Positions 18,732 through 28,893 of a DNA stretch of 64,000 nt are shown piece by piece. The notes under the pieces are model-generated. The model made no database searches. It saw nothing but the letters and a program-made list of their open reading frames with translations, and had not been told where the DNA came from. Numbering within the stretch: position 1 is the first letter of the stretch; every line of letters starts with the position of its first letter. The translations under genes and the position numbers were made by a program. The stretch is from positions 3,460 through 67,459 of the forward strand of contig CAJARJ010000011.1 in NCBI GenBank assembly GCA_903944345.1, written 5' to 3'. Source of the DNA: Candidatus Omnitrophota bacterium (GTDB taxonomy: Bacteria > Omnitrophota > Gorgyraeia > Zapsychrales > Fredricksoniimonadaceae).

Positions 18732-19415
18732 TTATTCATTCGCAGGGACCTCCGTTTCTGCAGGCTCTCCAAAAGTGAAACTTTGATTATAAGAATGTGC
18801 CTCTCCTTCAGGGTTGCTATTGGTGACCTCCCGAGAAACAGTATCGCCCTCTTTGGCAACCTCGGAATGCTGAGTCCAGGTATTTCCGTCCTGTCCGGTC
18901 AGCGTGCGATCGGCAACAATCTCTCCGTTCTGATGACTGACTGTCGAACTGACGGTCGAGCTCTTGCCGCTCTCATCGGTATAAACCGCCTGGACATCCC
19001 GGCTGCCATCTTCATTTTTGCTTACCGTGCGGCTGACATCTGCTGTCTTACCCTTGCTTCCAGTGACAGCCCCCTGCTGGGACAATGAACCATCTTCATT
19101 TCTTGAAAACGTTCCTTCGGAAGAAACCGTCCTGCCGCCGGCACCTGTTGCCCTGGAAGAATACGTTCCTGTTTTTGTTTCCTTGTTCCAGCTCCGGCTG
19201 GATTCACTACTGCCTTCGCCACGCTCATTCTGCCAAGTCGTTGTTTTTGCAGAACTCCCTTTGTTTCTGCTGACATTCTTTTCAACTGTTCCACTGCCAC
19301 GACGACCACTGTAAGTGCCCGAGGCCGAGCGTTCCCGGGCAAAAGTTAGCGGCGCAGGAAAAGTCAAACACAATACCAGCAAAACTGTCGCTCCCCATCT
19401 TACGGAATTCTTCAT
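18732..19415 (-). CDS. Secreted low-complexity Ser/Thr/Gly-rich protein (about 228 aa) with degenerate TVS(K/R)NEDGS repeats.
   Basis: Signal peptide MKNSVRWGATVLLVLCLTFPAPLTFA from the internal start at 19415, with an AAGGGGA RBS. The rest is compositionally biased. Confidence 0.5.
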   Translation of the reverse strand: MKNSVRWGATVLLVLCLTFPAPLTFARERSASGTYSGRRGSGTVEKNVSRNKGSSAKTTTWQNERGEGSSESSRSWNKETKTGTYSSRATGAGGRTVSSEGTFSRNEDGSLSQQGAVTGSKGKTADVSRTVSKNEDGSRDVQAVYTDESGKSSTVSSTVSHQNGEIVADRTLTGQDGNTWTQHSEVAKEGDTVSREVTNSNPEGEAHSYNQSFTFGEPAETEVPANE

Positions 19416-19431
19416 TTTGTCCCCTTGTAAT

Positions 19432-19827
19432 TTATTGTCCAAGCGCTTTACGAAACTGTTCGCAGGTTTTCTGATACTGCCGGCTGTTGGGCTTAAGCTC
19501 TGCGGCAAGACAAATTTCTTTGAGACCTTCACGGTCTGTCTGACGGGTACGCTTGAGCAGCTTGAACTGAGCCAGACCGTAATACATGTGATACGCCGGC
19601 CTGGTTGGTTCGAGGATGATGGCCCGGCGCAAGGCATCAATATCCCCGGTCAGTCGATATTCGTGATAGGCATAACGCGAAGAAAAAGGATTAAGGCGCT
19701 GCGCCTGACGGATCAGCTGAACGTCACCCTTGGCCATGCTTTGACGAAACAAATGCTCGGCTGTACCGAAAAAAATCAGCAACCCCAGAAAAATCAGACT
19801 GACCACAATGGTCACGATTTTTATCAT
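19432..19827 (-). CDS. Small membrane-anchored protein of unknown function (N-terminal TM helix, TPR-like helical remainder).
   Basis: ORF with an N-terminal hydrophobic segment MIKIVTIVVSLIFLGLLIFF. Confidence 0.45.
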   Translation of the reverse strand: MIKIVTIVVSLIFLGLLIFFGTAEHLFRQSMAKGDVQLIRQAQRLNPFSSRYAYHEYRLTGDIDALRRAIILEPTRPAYHMYYGLAQFKLLKRTRQTDREGLKEICLAAELKPNSRQYQKTCEQFRKALGQ

Positions 19828-20525
19828 GCCTTGTCTCCTTTTCTGACCCCACCACCACTGTAAAGCACAGTCACCGGATCCGACTGCCAGACCTGACGAG
19901 TCTCGACATCCATAATCGAAAGCCGTCCTCTCCAGCCAGCGCCGGTATCCATATCCCAGATATTCAGAAAACGCACAGGCACATCCGACCCGAAACGCTG
20001 GGTGGGCGTGTGGCCTACAAAAATTTCGCGATAGCTGCCGATACGCCCCCCTTCGCCGGCAGAACTTGCTGCCGCGGCTTCCAGCAAAAGACTGCGATCC
20101 CAGGCCAGAGTCCGTACACTCTGATTTTTTAAAGGCAGCGCCGGATCAAAGCCGCCATGCACAAAGACCCGCCCTTCCAGTTCCAGCCAGGAATGCGCCC
20201 GGTTAAGAAAATCCGTGTGTGCCACCGGCATAGGGCCCCCGGCATACGATTCCAGAGTGGCCGCACCACCCTGCTCCAGCCATACCGATGTCCCGTGCCC
20301 GCGCAGGGCCCAGTCAAGAGTCATCAAATCATGATTGCCAATCACCATCTCGCAACGAGGTAAAGCAAGCAGTTCGTCGATGCAGGCGCGGGTATCGGGA
20401 TAAACATCACACACATCCCCCAGAACAACCAGGCGGTCAACCGCCCGGTCGAAGCCGGAACGTTCCAGGCACTGCAAAAGCGCCCTGAAGGTTCCGTGAA
20501 TATCTCCGATGACCAGTGTTCTCAT
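19824..20525 (-). CDS. Metallophosphoesterase (calcineurin-like Ser/Thr phosphatase, ApaH/PrpE-like).
   Basis: Motifs GDIHG, LGDVCD, GNHD. Confidence 0.75.
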   Translation of the reverse strand: MRTLVIGDIHGTFRALLQCLERSGFDRAVDRLVVLGDVCDVYPDTRACIDELLALPRCEMVIGNHDLMTLDWALRGHGTSVWLEQGGAATLESYAGGPMPVAHTDFLNRAHSWLELEGRVFVHGGFDPALPLKNQSVRTLAWDRSLLLEAAAASSAGEGGRIGSYREIFVGHTPTQRFGSDVPVRFLNIWDMDTGAGWRGRLSIMDVETRQVWQSDPVTVLYSGGGVRKGDKA

Positions 20526-21517
20526 CGTATCAGGCGTGCATTCTTGACCACATCCACCATACTCTCTGCCGTTCGTTCAGCGATCACGGCAAAAGCCTCC
20601 ATATAAGCTTGCTCCAGAATATTCACAAACCACCGGCCGACAGGCGACTCATAAAAAACCGTATACTGCTCAAGCTCTTCGTCAGGGAGAGAACGGTACA
20701 TATACAACAAGGACACTATTGCAGAACCACCCACAGACTCGACCAGTTGTTCCCGCATCTGGTTCTTGATATTGTCCAGTCCAGCCTGGTCCTGTTTCTT
20801 GTCCGGCGTCACAATGTCAGAGGCATTGATCGCCTTTATAACAGCAAAACCCAGCTCCAGAGCTACAGCGACTGACATATCTGAAACTTTGGCAGCAGCA
20901 GAAAGTCTTTTGACCGCCTCCAGCCGCGCCGAAATCGGCGGATTGTTCTCAAGGCTCCGGGCATAGCTCTGCAATTCCTCAATGTGTTCTGGGCCTCCGG
21001 CCGCAAGCTCCATTGCGACAATCTTTGAAGCCAGCGGAGATTTAAAGAAATCCCGCATGAGCGTAAGGTTATTTTTGTTGTAGCGTTCCCGCACTTTGTT
21101 CAACACTTCCCGATAAATAGTTTCTGCACTGAAGTTCTCCAGAATAACCTTGCTGACCAACCCGTAGACTTCAGGATTCTTGCCCTCCCCGGCTTTCTCC
21201 ACAGACTGCTTGACAATGCCCGGGTACTGCGCAATCTGCTCTTTAAGTCCGGAGACCGACAAGACTTCGGAAATCAGCTCATCCGCAGCGCTTTCCTGGC
21301 TGACACCGGCATCATCCTTAGCGACGTCTCCCTCAATAGAAGCTATTTCATCGGCAAAGTAGGTCACATCTTCGCCTCTGGAATCAATCTTGATATAATC
21401 TGCAGACCTTTCATTGATCTTGCCTTCTATAACCACTCCTGACTTGAGGGTTACAACTTCAGCAGACACAAGAGCAGGAAAAATCATCAAAATAACAAAA
21501 CAATATATTCTTTTCAT
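20522..21517 (-). CDS. Hypothetical periplasmic protein with a signal peptide.
   Basis: Internal start MKRIYCFVILMIFPALVSA. No recognisable catalytic motif. Confidence 0.5.
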   Translation of the reverse strand: MKRIYCFVILMIFPALVSAEVVTLKSGVVIEGKINERSADYIKIDSRGEDVTYFADEIASIEGDVAKDDAGVSQESAADELISEVLSVSGLKEQIAQYPGIVKQSVEKAGEGKNPEVYGLVSKVILENFSAETIYREVLNKVRERYNKNNLTLMRDFFKSPLASKIVAMELAAGGPEHIEELQSYARSLENNPPISARLEAVKRLSAAAKVSDMSVAVALELGFAVIKAINASDIVTPDKKQDQAGLDNIKNQMREQLVESVGGSAIVSLLYMYRSLPDEELEQYTVFYESPVGRWFVNILEQAYMEAFAVIAERTAESMVDVVKNARLIR

Positions 21518-21536
21518 AGACACTCCGTTTTTCTCT

Positions 21537-23813
21537 TTATACCAGAGGCTTGCCGGAATCGCAACCAAAGCGCGTATAAACATAAGAGACTCCCAGAAAC
21601 AAGATCCCCAGAGCCATCAGGGTAATAATTTTGAAAAGCAGATCCAGGCCGGAAAGGTCGACAAAAACAACCCGGCCCAGCGTCAACGCAAGCAAAACCA
21701 TGCCCCCCATTCGCTCGGTCTTGCTACCGGAAAAAAGACCCGCCAGCAAAAGAACAACACTGGCAAAACCAAGTCCCAACGAACCCCACTGCCGGGGCAA
21801 ATACTGATGAATAGCCACAACAAGCAAAACAAGGCCCGACGCCAAAGCCAGCCCTGCCTCATGCCAGAAAAACAGCTCCGCCGTACGCAGCCGGGCAGTC
21901 CAGCGGACAGTATAATAAAAAATAAAAAACGGCAACACATTAACCATCACAACGAGACTGCGCAAAAAAGGATTAACAATATAAATCGAATCAAGAACAA
22001 ACAGCGTTCCCGCAACAGCCAGAAGCGCTGCCGCATACACCCGAAACCGCCTTAGACCCAAACCCAGGCTCAGTGCAAGAAAAACAAGCCCCTGTACGGA
22101 CAAGGACAAAGCAATCCACGGCTGCTTAACCAGCGGCCACAAGGCAAATACAAAATGCCAACACGCTGCGAACGAAAAGAAATGATCAAAAAGACGGTCA
22201 AGCTGCCCGGCCTTGCCCTCTTTCTTCAGATACCGGGTCAAACAAAATGATACCCCTGCCGATATCCCCGCCCATATAGACATAAAACTGTACCAAGGCC
22301 ACCAGAACCCAAGAAAGTTAAACGACATGGGTGTTTCAAAAAAGCATAACCTTAACGCAACAGCCACCGCCAAAACATACCCCATAACACGGTAAAGACG
22401 CTCGTTCTGCGTTCGAGCGACAAAAATAAGAAAAGGAATCTCGATGATCCAGACAATCATTCCGGTCACCGGGGTAAATTTCAATGCTGCCGTGACCGTA
22501 AGGGCAAAAACACCGCAAATCAGATCGGCAAGATAAAGTTTTTCCCGACCCAGCTTCTTCATCATTCCGGCACAGACCAGATAAACGACACCAACAACAC
22601 CCACCAACACATAACGCTGGCTGAAAAACAGCCGCATGATCAAAGGATACGCCAAGACCCCATAAAGACCGGCATTCCACAAATTCGTCGCGGCTAATTT
22701 CTTAACCTGTTGATCATCGACCTCTCTGACCAGATGCGTCCCGACCAAAAAAACAAGCCAGTAACAAGAAAGAAAGACCAGGCTGACAAGATCAGGATAC
22801 AGCGACTGTTCAGCCATTCGCAGAAAACCACTGCCGAACGCGGGGTCCAACCCTGGCATAAGCCATAAGTAATGGGCGGTATAGGTAAGTAAAATGCCCA
22901 AAGACAGTATTTCAACCCAGCGGAACCTGTAAACAAAAAACAACACCAGTCCCGCCAGGAGAAGAAGACTGATAACCGTAAAACCGCTTACCTCACCGAT
23001 ACCAAGGGTCAAATACGCCACACAAAGCACCACCGACACCAGCACCTGCGATTTATGCCGCAGCACATGCAGCATCATACCGCTGACCACCAGCGCCAGC
23101 AGGAGAAGATCAATCCCCTGGCTGGCAATGATCCGGGACGCTTCAAAGTGATGCATCGCGTAAGTGGTAAAATAGACCAACCCCCACGCTCCACCGAGAA
23201 GAACCCGTCCGTAATTTCTGAATTGATCCTTTTGTTCCAGACGAAAGCCGGTAAAGAAAAGAACTCCGGCAACAGCATAACCGGACAAAATCTTCAGAAT
23301 CGGGCCGATATATGCAAACGAATAGGTGATCAGAAAAGCGACTCCAAGAACAAGTGCCGAGATACCGATCTTGTTCAGCCAGTTTCGCGCGAAGTCCATC
23401 TCCATATCCGTTTGCGGTCGAGGTAAAGCGGCTGATGCGAATTGCGGCCCGGGCTCAAGCTCAGGCTCAGGCTCCGGGTCTGGTCTGGACGGCAACTGCA
23501 CCTCACTAATTACTGGCGCAGGCTGGGCCGGCGAAAGCCCCGCAATAAACTCTTCCAGCTTTCCGGTCTTCTTCTCGAGTAAAGACAAGGAAACCTTCAC
23601 CTCCCGAAGCTGACGCCTGGCCTCATCCAAAGAAGATACGCTCTGTTCCGGAAGACAGGAATGACTGCCCGTGGAAGGAAGTAAAAGAAGAAGAATGACC
23701 GTCAGAGGACCTGTCAGCAAAGCCAGAAAAAAGAAGCCGCCAATGGAACGCTTTTTCTGATCAGCCAGATAAATCGACACTAAAAGAGATACAACCCATA
23801 TCCATATCAACAT
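21537..23813 (-). CDS. Large polytopic membrane protein (758 aa, DUF2339-like): N-terminal TM helix, coiled-coil, Pro/Glu-rich linker, then about 14 or more TM helices.
   Basis: Linker PDPEPEPELEPGP followed by many hydrophobic helices. Family assignment is from memory only. Confidence 0.5.
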   Translation of the reverse strand: MLIWIWVVSLLVSIYLADQKKRSIGGFFFLALLTGPLTVILLLLLPSTGSHSCLPEQSVSSLDEARRQLREVKVSLSLLEKKTGKLEEFIAGLSPAQPAPVISEVQLPSRPDPEPEPELEPGPQFASAALPRPQTDMEMDFARNWLNKIGISALVLGVAFLITYSFAYIGPILKILSGYAVAGVLFFTGFRLEQKDQFRNYGRVLLGGAWGLVYFTTYAMHHFEASRIIASQGIDLLLLALVVSGMMLHVLRHKSQVLVSVVLCVAYLTLGIGEVSGFTVISLLLLAGLVLFFVYRFRWVEILSLGILLTYTAHYLWLMPGLDPAFGSGFLRMAEQSLYPDLVSLVFLSCYWLVFLVGTHLVREVDDQQVKKLAATNLWNAGLYGVLAYPLIMRLFFSQRYVLVGVVGVVYLVCAGMMKKLGREKLYLADLICGVFALTVTAALKFTPVTGMIVWIIEIPFLIFVARTQNERLYRVMGYVLAVAVALRLCFFETPMSFNFLGFWWPWYSFMSIWAGISAGVSFCLTRYLKKEGKAGQLDRLFDHFFSFAACWHFVFALWPLVKQPWIALSLSVQGLVFLALSLGLGLRRFRVYAAALLAVAGTLFVLDSIYIVNPFLRSLVVMVNVLPFFIFYYTVRWTARLRTAELFFWHEAGLALASGLVLLVVAIHQYLPRQWGSLGLGFASVVLLLAGLFSGSKTERMGGMVLLALTLGRVVFVDLSGLDLLFKIITLMALGILFLGVSYVYTRFGCDSGKPLV

Positions 23814-26800
23814 ACGCCCTCCTTGGCAAGCTCAATGGCCATGACTTTCACCCGTTTCAGATCGATCTTGCCGGTGCCCAAAAAAGGAATGCCCTCCACC
23901 CGAAAGAAGGCCGATTTTGCGGGAATCCACAGATTAGGCATCCCCCTGGCTCTGAGAGATTCACAAACCGCCTCGGCATCCAGATCAACCGAATGCAAGA
24001 CAATCAGCCGCTCGCCTTTTTTTTCATCAGGCACTGACGTCACGGCAAGAACCGTGTCGACAACACCCAGAATCTCCATAATATTCTCCTCGACCTTGAT
24101 GTGCGGCACCATTTCGCCGCCAATCTTGCTGAAACGGCTCAACCGGTCGGTAATACGAATAAACCCGTCGGCGTCAATGATGGCGATATCTCCGGTCAGA
24201 TACCACCCGTCCCTGACGACTTCCGCGGTTTTGGCAGGATTGTTCAGATAACCTTTCATGACATTGGCGCCCTTGACCAGAAGCAGACCTTCCTCATCGA
24301 CACCCTTGAGTTCAAACGTATCCGGATCGACCACTTTTACAGCCACACCAGGAATCGGATGGCCGACTTTCCCGAATTTATATCCAGTCTGACGCTCCAT
24401 ATCATCCTCGCTGGCATAGTCAGGAAACCCGACTGTAACAATCGGAGACAGTTCGGTGGCGCCGTACCCCTCAAACGGAGTAACCCCGAACTTTTCCCGA
24501 AAAGCATCCGCCAGAGGTTGTTTGAGCTTTTCGGCCCCCACAACCGCCATGCGTACAGAAGAAAACTGTTCCCTGGTGCATTTTTTCAGATAAGCCGAAA
24601 GGAACGTAGGAGTCCCCATAAGGATAGTCCCTTTTAATTTTTCCGTCAGCCGTCCGATAGTCCCCGCATCCAACGGATTGGTATGATAAACAACCCCCAC
24701 CGCTGTACCAAGAGGAAAACACATAGTGGCTGTAAAACCGAAGGAATGAAAAAACGGCAAAGCCGCCACCACGACATCATCCTTGCGAATATTAAAAACC
24801 TGATAAAAACCCTCAATATTGGAAAAGATATTGGCATGGGTCAGAAGAACGCCTTTGGGCTCTCCCGTCGATCCGCTGGAAAATATGACAGTTGCCGTAT
24901 CATCCACATTCAGCTTGTCACCACGCACAAAAAGAGCGCTCAACAACCGCCCCGGGAGAATCAGGGCCGCGAGGAAATACCAGACTGACCTGATCGGGGC
25001 ACACTGTGCCGCCAGGTCTTCCAGATAAACCATTTGCTCCCGGGCGGGAATGCCGGTTTTCTGCAAGAATGCCCGTGAAGTAATAATCGTGCGCATATTG
25101 CACTGCCGGATACAGGAATCAAAGGCTTCACCGGACAGAGTGAAATTCAGATTAACCGGAACCTTTCCGGCAAAAGCTACCGCAATATTGCTCACAGCCG
25201 CCATGCAGGAGGACGGAAGCAGAACTCCCACCATTTCATTGGTTTCCATCGGACGCCGTCCGGCAGGAAACAACGCTTTTGAAACGGCTGCGGCCGCTGC
25301 AAAAGCACCGGGATAGCCCAGTTTCAAACCTGTCGAATCCGTCATGCACATGCGCAGAGGGTGTCGCTTGACCTCATCAATAAACGCCAGGTGCAATTTT
25401 TTGCGCCAGGCTCCACGCAAAATACTGGCTTCTGCACCAAGTTCCTGTACAGCCAGTCGCACCTCGTGCACGCGGGAGGCGGCAGGCAACGGTTTTCCGA
25501 AAACAACCGAAACCGGATACAACGTCAAGCGCGGCCACTTCCAGAAATACCGCCCCTTGGCAAAGGTGTAAATACTCCCCCAGATGTTATCGAGATACAA
25601 AGGAACAACAGGAGCAGAAAGACCCTTCATAATATGTTCAAACCCCTTGCTGAAAGGCAGCATATTTCCTGTCCGCGTCAGCCTGCCTTCCGGAAAAATA
25701 CAAACCAGCTCCCCTGACTCAATCGCCTTTCTGGCTTCACCCAAAGCGCGTATCAGCGATTTGGGCCCCTCGGCACGATCAATGGGAATGACCTTGAGAA
25801 CCCGACAGAAGAAATTAACTAAAGGCAAGTCGTACATCTTGCGGTACATGATAAAGCGAACCGGACGTTTCAACGCCGCAAGAATAAGAATGGCATCTAC
25901 GTAGGAGATATGATTACAAATTAAAAGGGCGCCCCCTTCGTCGGGGACATGACTGCTGTTAAGCACACGCAGTTTATAGACCGAATGCGCCAGGAGCCAG
26001 TTGACCAGCCGGACCAGTGCTACAGGCAGGATGACAACGATGTAGAGTGACGCACACGCGGACAAGGCCCCCACAATCCAGAAAATCCTGTCAGCCCCCA
26101 CCGCCAGTTGACCTGCCACATACCAGAGAAACACACCAGCTACCAGAGACGCTCCTGAAGAAAAAATATTAAGCACCGAAAGATACTGTCCGCGCTCCCG
26201 GGCCGGACTCCAGCGCTGAAAGAAAGCATTCAGCGGAACGGTATAAAATCCGGCGCATAGGCCCAAAATAAAAAGCTTAAGCAATGCAGGATAAAAATTA
26301 CCGCCGAAACCCAATAAAAAGGACATGAGGGTTATGCCTGCGCCCCCTAAGGGCACCAGCCCCAGCTCCACCTTTCCTTCGGAAGCTGCCCCGGCCAGGA
26401 CACTTCCTGCCGCAATCCCGAGAGAAACAGCCACAAGCAGAATACTTATATGCAGCTGGTCAACCGCCAGAACATGCGCCCCATAAACCAGAATATTCAT
26501 CTGGAACGCCGCCCCCAGAAAATTGAAAAATGCCAGCGCCAGCATACTCAAAAAAAGCCCCCGGTCTGCGCGTATACCTTTCCAGGCACTCCAGGTGCCG
26601 GAAAAAAATCCGGGCGAACGCTGATCGGCTGGCTGCTTTTCACAACGAATGGCAAAACTGGCCCAAAGACCGCCCACGGCCAGCAGACTCATCAGCAGTC
26701 CGATAAAATAAAGCCGGTCGTTAAAGAACCTGAAAAGCACACCGCCCAGAGCCGTTCCAAGAATAATCCCCAGAAAGGTGCACAACTGTATGTAACCATT

Positions 26801-27226
26801 TCCCCTGGACAGTTCCTCTTCGGTCAGCATTTCCGGCAAAGCACCGAATTTGGCAGGGCTAAACAACGCACTGTCCACCATAAAAAGAAACAACACTCCG
26901 CAGAGGAACCACAAATGCCCCGTCCACAGCGCCCAGGCAGATAACAATGCCAAAAACACCTTGAGCGTCCCCATAAGAATAATCACCGAGCGTTTAGGAA
27001 ACCGGTCAGCCAGATACCCGGCTAAAGGGGCCAGCAGCATAAAAGGCAGGATATACAAAACACCGACAATACTGACTGCCCGCGCGGCGCCATCGGGCGA
27101 AAGCAAAACCTGGACAGCATATAAAGAAACCACCACTTTCAGCAGACTATCCGTGAGTGCCCCCGCAAACTGGGCCGCCAGCAAACCGCGAAAAGATAAC
27201 GACGTGCAATCCTTTTGCATAAACAT
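23807..27226 (-). CDS. aas: Trifunctional fusion: MFS lysophospholipid transporter (LplT-like), PlsC-type 2-acyl-GPE acyltransferase, and acyl-ACP synthetase (Aas).
   Basis: N-terminal MFS helices. Acyltransferase motifs NHISYVDAIL (HX4D) and FPEGRLT. AMP-binding motif SSGSTGEPKGV at the C-terminus. Confidence 0.8.
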   Translation of the reverse strand: MFMQKDCTSLSFRGLLAAQFAGALTDSLLKVVVSLYAVQVLLSPDGAARAVSIVGVLYILPFMLLAPLAGYLADRFPKRSVIILMGTLKVFLALLSAWALWTGHLWFLCGVLFLFMVDSALFSPAKFGALPEMLTEEELSRGNGYIQLCTFLGIILGTALGGVLFRFFNDRLYFIGLLMSLLAVGGLWASFAIRCEKQPADQRSPGFFSGTWSAWKGIRADRGLFLSMLALAFFNFLGAAFQMNILVYGAHVLAVDQLHISILLVAVSLGIAAGSVLAGAASEGKVELGLVPLGGAGITLMSFLLGFGGNFYPALLKLFILGLCAGFYTVPLNAFFQRWSPARERGQYLSVLNIFSSGASLVAGVFLWYVAGQLAVGADRIFWIVGALSACASLYIVVILPVALVRLVNWLLAHSVYKLRVLNSSHVPDEGGALLICNHISYVDAILILAALKRPVRFIMYRKMYDLPLVNFFCRVLKVIPIDRAEGPKSLIRALGEARKAIESGELVCIFPEGRLTRTGNMLPFSKGFEHIMKGLSAPVVPLYLDNIWGSIYTFAKGRYFWKWPRLTLYPVSVVFGKPLPAASRVHEVRLAVQELGAEASILRGAWRKKLHLAFIDEVKRHPLRMCMTDSTGLKLGYPGAFAAAAAVSKALFPAGRRPMETNEMVGVLLPSSCMAAVSNIAVAFAGKVPVNLNFTLSGEAFDSCIRQCNMRTIITSRAFLQKTGIPAREQMVYLEDLAAQCAPIRSVWYFLAALILPGRLLSALFVRGDKLNVDDTATVIFSSGSTGEPKGVLLTHANIFSNIEGFYQVFNIRKDDVVVAALPFFHSFGFTATMCFPLGTAVGVVYHTNPLDAGTIGRLTEKLKGTILMGTPTFLSAYLKKCTREQFSSVRMAVVGAEKLKQPLADAFREKFGVTPFEGYGATELSPIVTVGFPDYASEDDMERQTGYKFGKVGHPIPGVAVKVVDPDTFELKGVDEEGLLLVKGANVMKGYLNNPAKTAEVVRDGWYLTGDIAIIDADGFIRITDRLSRFSKIGGEMVPHIKVEENIMEILGVVDTVLAVTSVPDEKKGERLIVLHSVDLDAEAVCESLRARGMPNLWIPAKSAFFRVEGIPFLGTGKIDLKRVKVMAIELAKEGVC

Positions 27227-27230
27227 CCTT

Positions 27231-27731
27231 TCAATTCAGGGCTCTGAACCATTTCAGCAAAAGAGCAGATACTGTTTTTTGTTCCGGCAGCGAAAGCGTG
27301 TCGGTCACGCTCTTCATGGTCTGCATATAACCGGGCCAGGCTTGATCCAGAGCCTGGGAGCCTTTGGAAGACACCCGTACGACCTTGACACGTTTATCCC
27401 CAAGTCGTCCGCTGCGTTCAATCAGTTTTTCTCTCTCAAGCTTGTCCAGAAGCCGGGTCATATTGGAAGGAGTCACCATTAAACGCCGGCCGATTTCTCT
27501 CTGACTTAACCCCTGTTCTCCACCCTGATGCTTGATAACCATAAGCACATTCATTTTAGCCGGAGTCAGTCCAAACCTGTCCAGATACCGGGACATCCGG
27601 TCAAAAATAACGGTATATACCAGCAACAACCCGTAAAAAGCTTCCTCGTGATACTTGCCTTTCCCTGCCTCTATTCCAAAAGCCTGCAAATCATCCATAA
27701 ACACCCTCCTTTTCTGCCCAAAGACTAACAC
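27231..27731 (-). CDS. MarR family transcriptional regulator.
   Basis: Winged-helix motif LSQREIGRRLMVTPSNMTRLLDKLEREKLIER. Confidence 0.8.
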   Translation of the reverse strand: MLVFGQKRRVFMDDLQAFGIEAGKGKYHEEAFYGLLLVYTVIFDRMSRYLDRFGLTPAKMNVLMVIKHQGGEQGLSQREIGRRLMVTPSNMTRLLDKLEREKLIERSGRLGDKRVKVVRVSSKGSQALDQAWPGYMQTMKSVTDTLSLPEQKTVSALLLKWFRALN

Positions 27732-27758
27732 TAATTAGTTGACATGTCAACCAATTGG
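27731..27758. promoter_or_regulatory. Near-perfect palindrome AATTAGTTGACATGTCAACCAATT immediately upstream of marR; candidate MarR operator.
   Basis: Seen directly in the CDF-marR intergenic region. Confidence 0.4.
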
Positions 27759-27784
27759 ACAAACAATCTTATTAACGATTCTTC

Positions 27785-28729
27785 TTAACCACGCAGATTA
27801 CACCCATGTTCCACGTCTCCCAGCTCAATCTGCAGGGTAGAATGATGAATAGAAAACCTGTCTTGCAGCTGCTGACTTGCTTTATTAATAAAAGCCTGCC
27901 CTGGATGTCCATCCTTCAGAACCAGATGAACAGTAAGAGCACTTTCCCGGGTGCTCATTCCCCAGATATGCAAATCATGAACATCCACAACACCAGGTAA
28001 AGAGCATAGAAATTCCTGGACAGCAGTAATGTCAATATGCGCAGGAACCGCATGTAACGCAAGATTCAGCGAGTCGCGTAACAACCCCCACGACCCCCAG
28101 AGAATAACCATGACCACCGCCAAACTGACAAAAGGATCGAGCCAGTCCCATCCTGTAAATAATATAACAACCCCGCTGACTACAACCCCCAAAGAAATCA
28201 CCGCGTCAGCCAACATATGCAGAAAAGCTCCCCGGACATTAAGATCCTCCTTACTGCCGGCAAAGAAAAGCCAGGCCGAAAAACTGTTCACCAGAATCCC
28301 AACTCCGGCCACCAAAGAAACCGTAACACCATCAACACTGACCGGAACAACAAGACGACGCAAGGCCTCCCAGGCGATAGCTCCACAAGCCACCAGTAAA
28401 AGCCCGGCATTCACCAGAGCCGCCAGAATACTGGAACCGCGCAGCCCGTATGTGTAACGCTGATCCGGCGGCCTGCGCATCAGGAACGCGGCCCACGAAG
28501 CCAGAACCAGGGCAAAGACATCGGACAGATTATGACCAGCGTCAGCAACCAGAGCCATCGAGTGCGCCATAAACCCGTACATAAATTCCATCACCACAAA
28601 AGCGACATTAAGCACAATGGCAATTCCGAAGGCTCTGCCTCCGTGAAAATGATGATGCTGGTGACTATGTGAAGATCCGGAAGCGTGACTACAGGAAGAA
28701 TTATGAGCGTGGTTTGCCATAAAAGCCAT
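27785..28729 (-). CDS. Cation diffusion facilitator family metal efflux transporter (CzcD/ZitB-like) with a His-rich N-terminus.
   Basis: HSHQHHHFHG N-terminus. Six TM helices, with the HxxxD/HxxxD pairs typical of CDF transporters. Confidence 0.8.
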   Translation of the reverse strand: MAFMANHAHNSSCSHASGSSHSHQHHHFHGGRAFGIAIVLNVAFVVMEFMYGFMAHSMALVADAGHNLSDVFALVLASWAAFLMRRPPDQRYTYGLRGSSILAALVNAGLLLVACGAIAWEALRRLVVPVSVDGVTVSLVAGVGILVNSFSAWLFFAGSKEDLNVRGAFLHMLADAVISLGVVVSGVVILFTGWDWLDPFVSLAVVMVILWGSWGLLRDSLNLALHAVPAHIDITAVQEFLCSLPGVVDVHDLHIWGMSTRESALTVHLVLKDGHPGQAFINKASQQLQDRFSIHHSTLQIELGDVEHGCNLRG

Positions 28730-28893
28730 TATAAAGGATTATCCCTGTCACGACCTGATTTTTATCGAAACTTGATCCAGTCGCCTGGCATCTGCCCAGG
28801 AATAGCCCTGCCGGAGTAACAAATAAAGACGGGAAGCCCCTGTACGCCTTAACCGGCACAGAGACTTCCCGCACACCCCCTGATTCACAAGAC

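Noticed and set aside
21683-21940. 85-aa minus-strand ORF.
   Set aside because: It is nested in an alternative frame inside the 758-aa membrane-protein gene.
28780-28860. Possible terminator hairpins downstream of cheW (cctggcatctgcccagg; gggaag...cttccc).
   Set aside because: The stems are short or the loops long, and no U-tract follows on the minus strand, so I did not annotate them.
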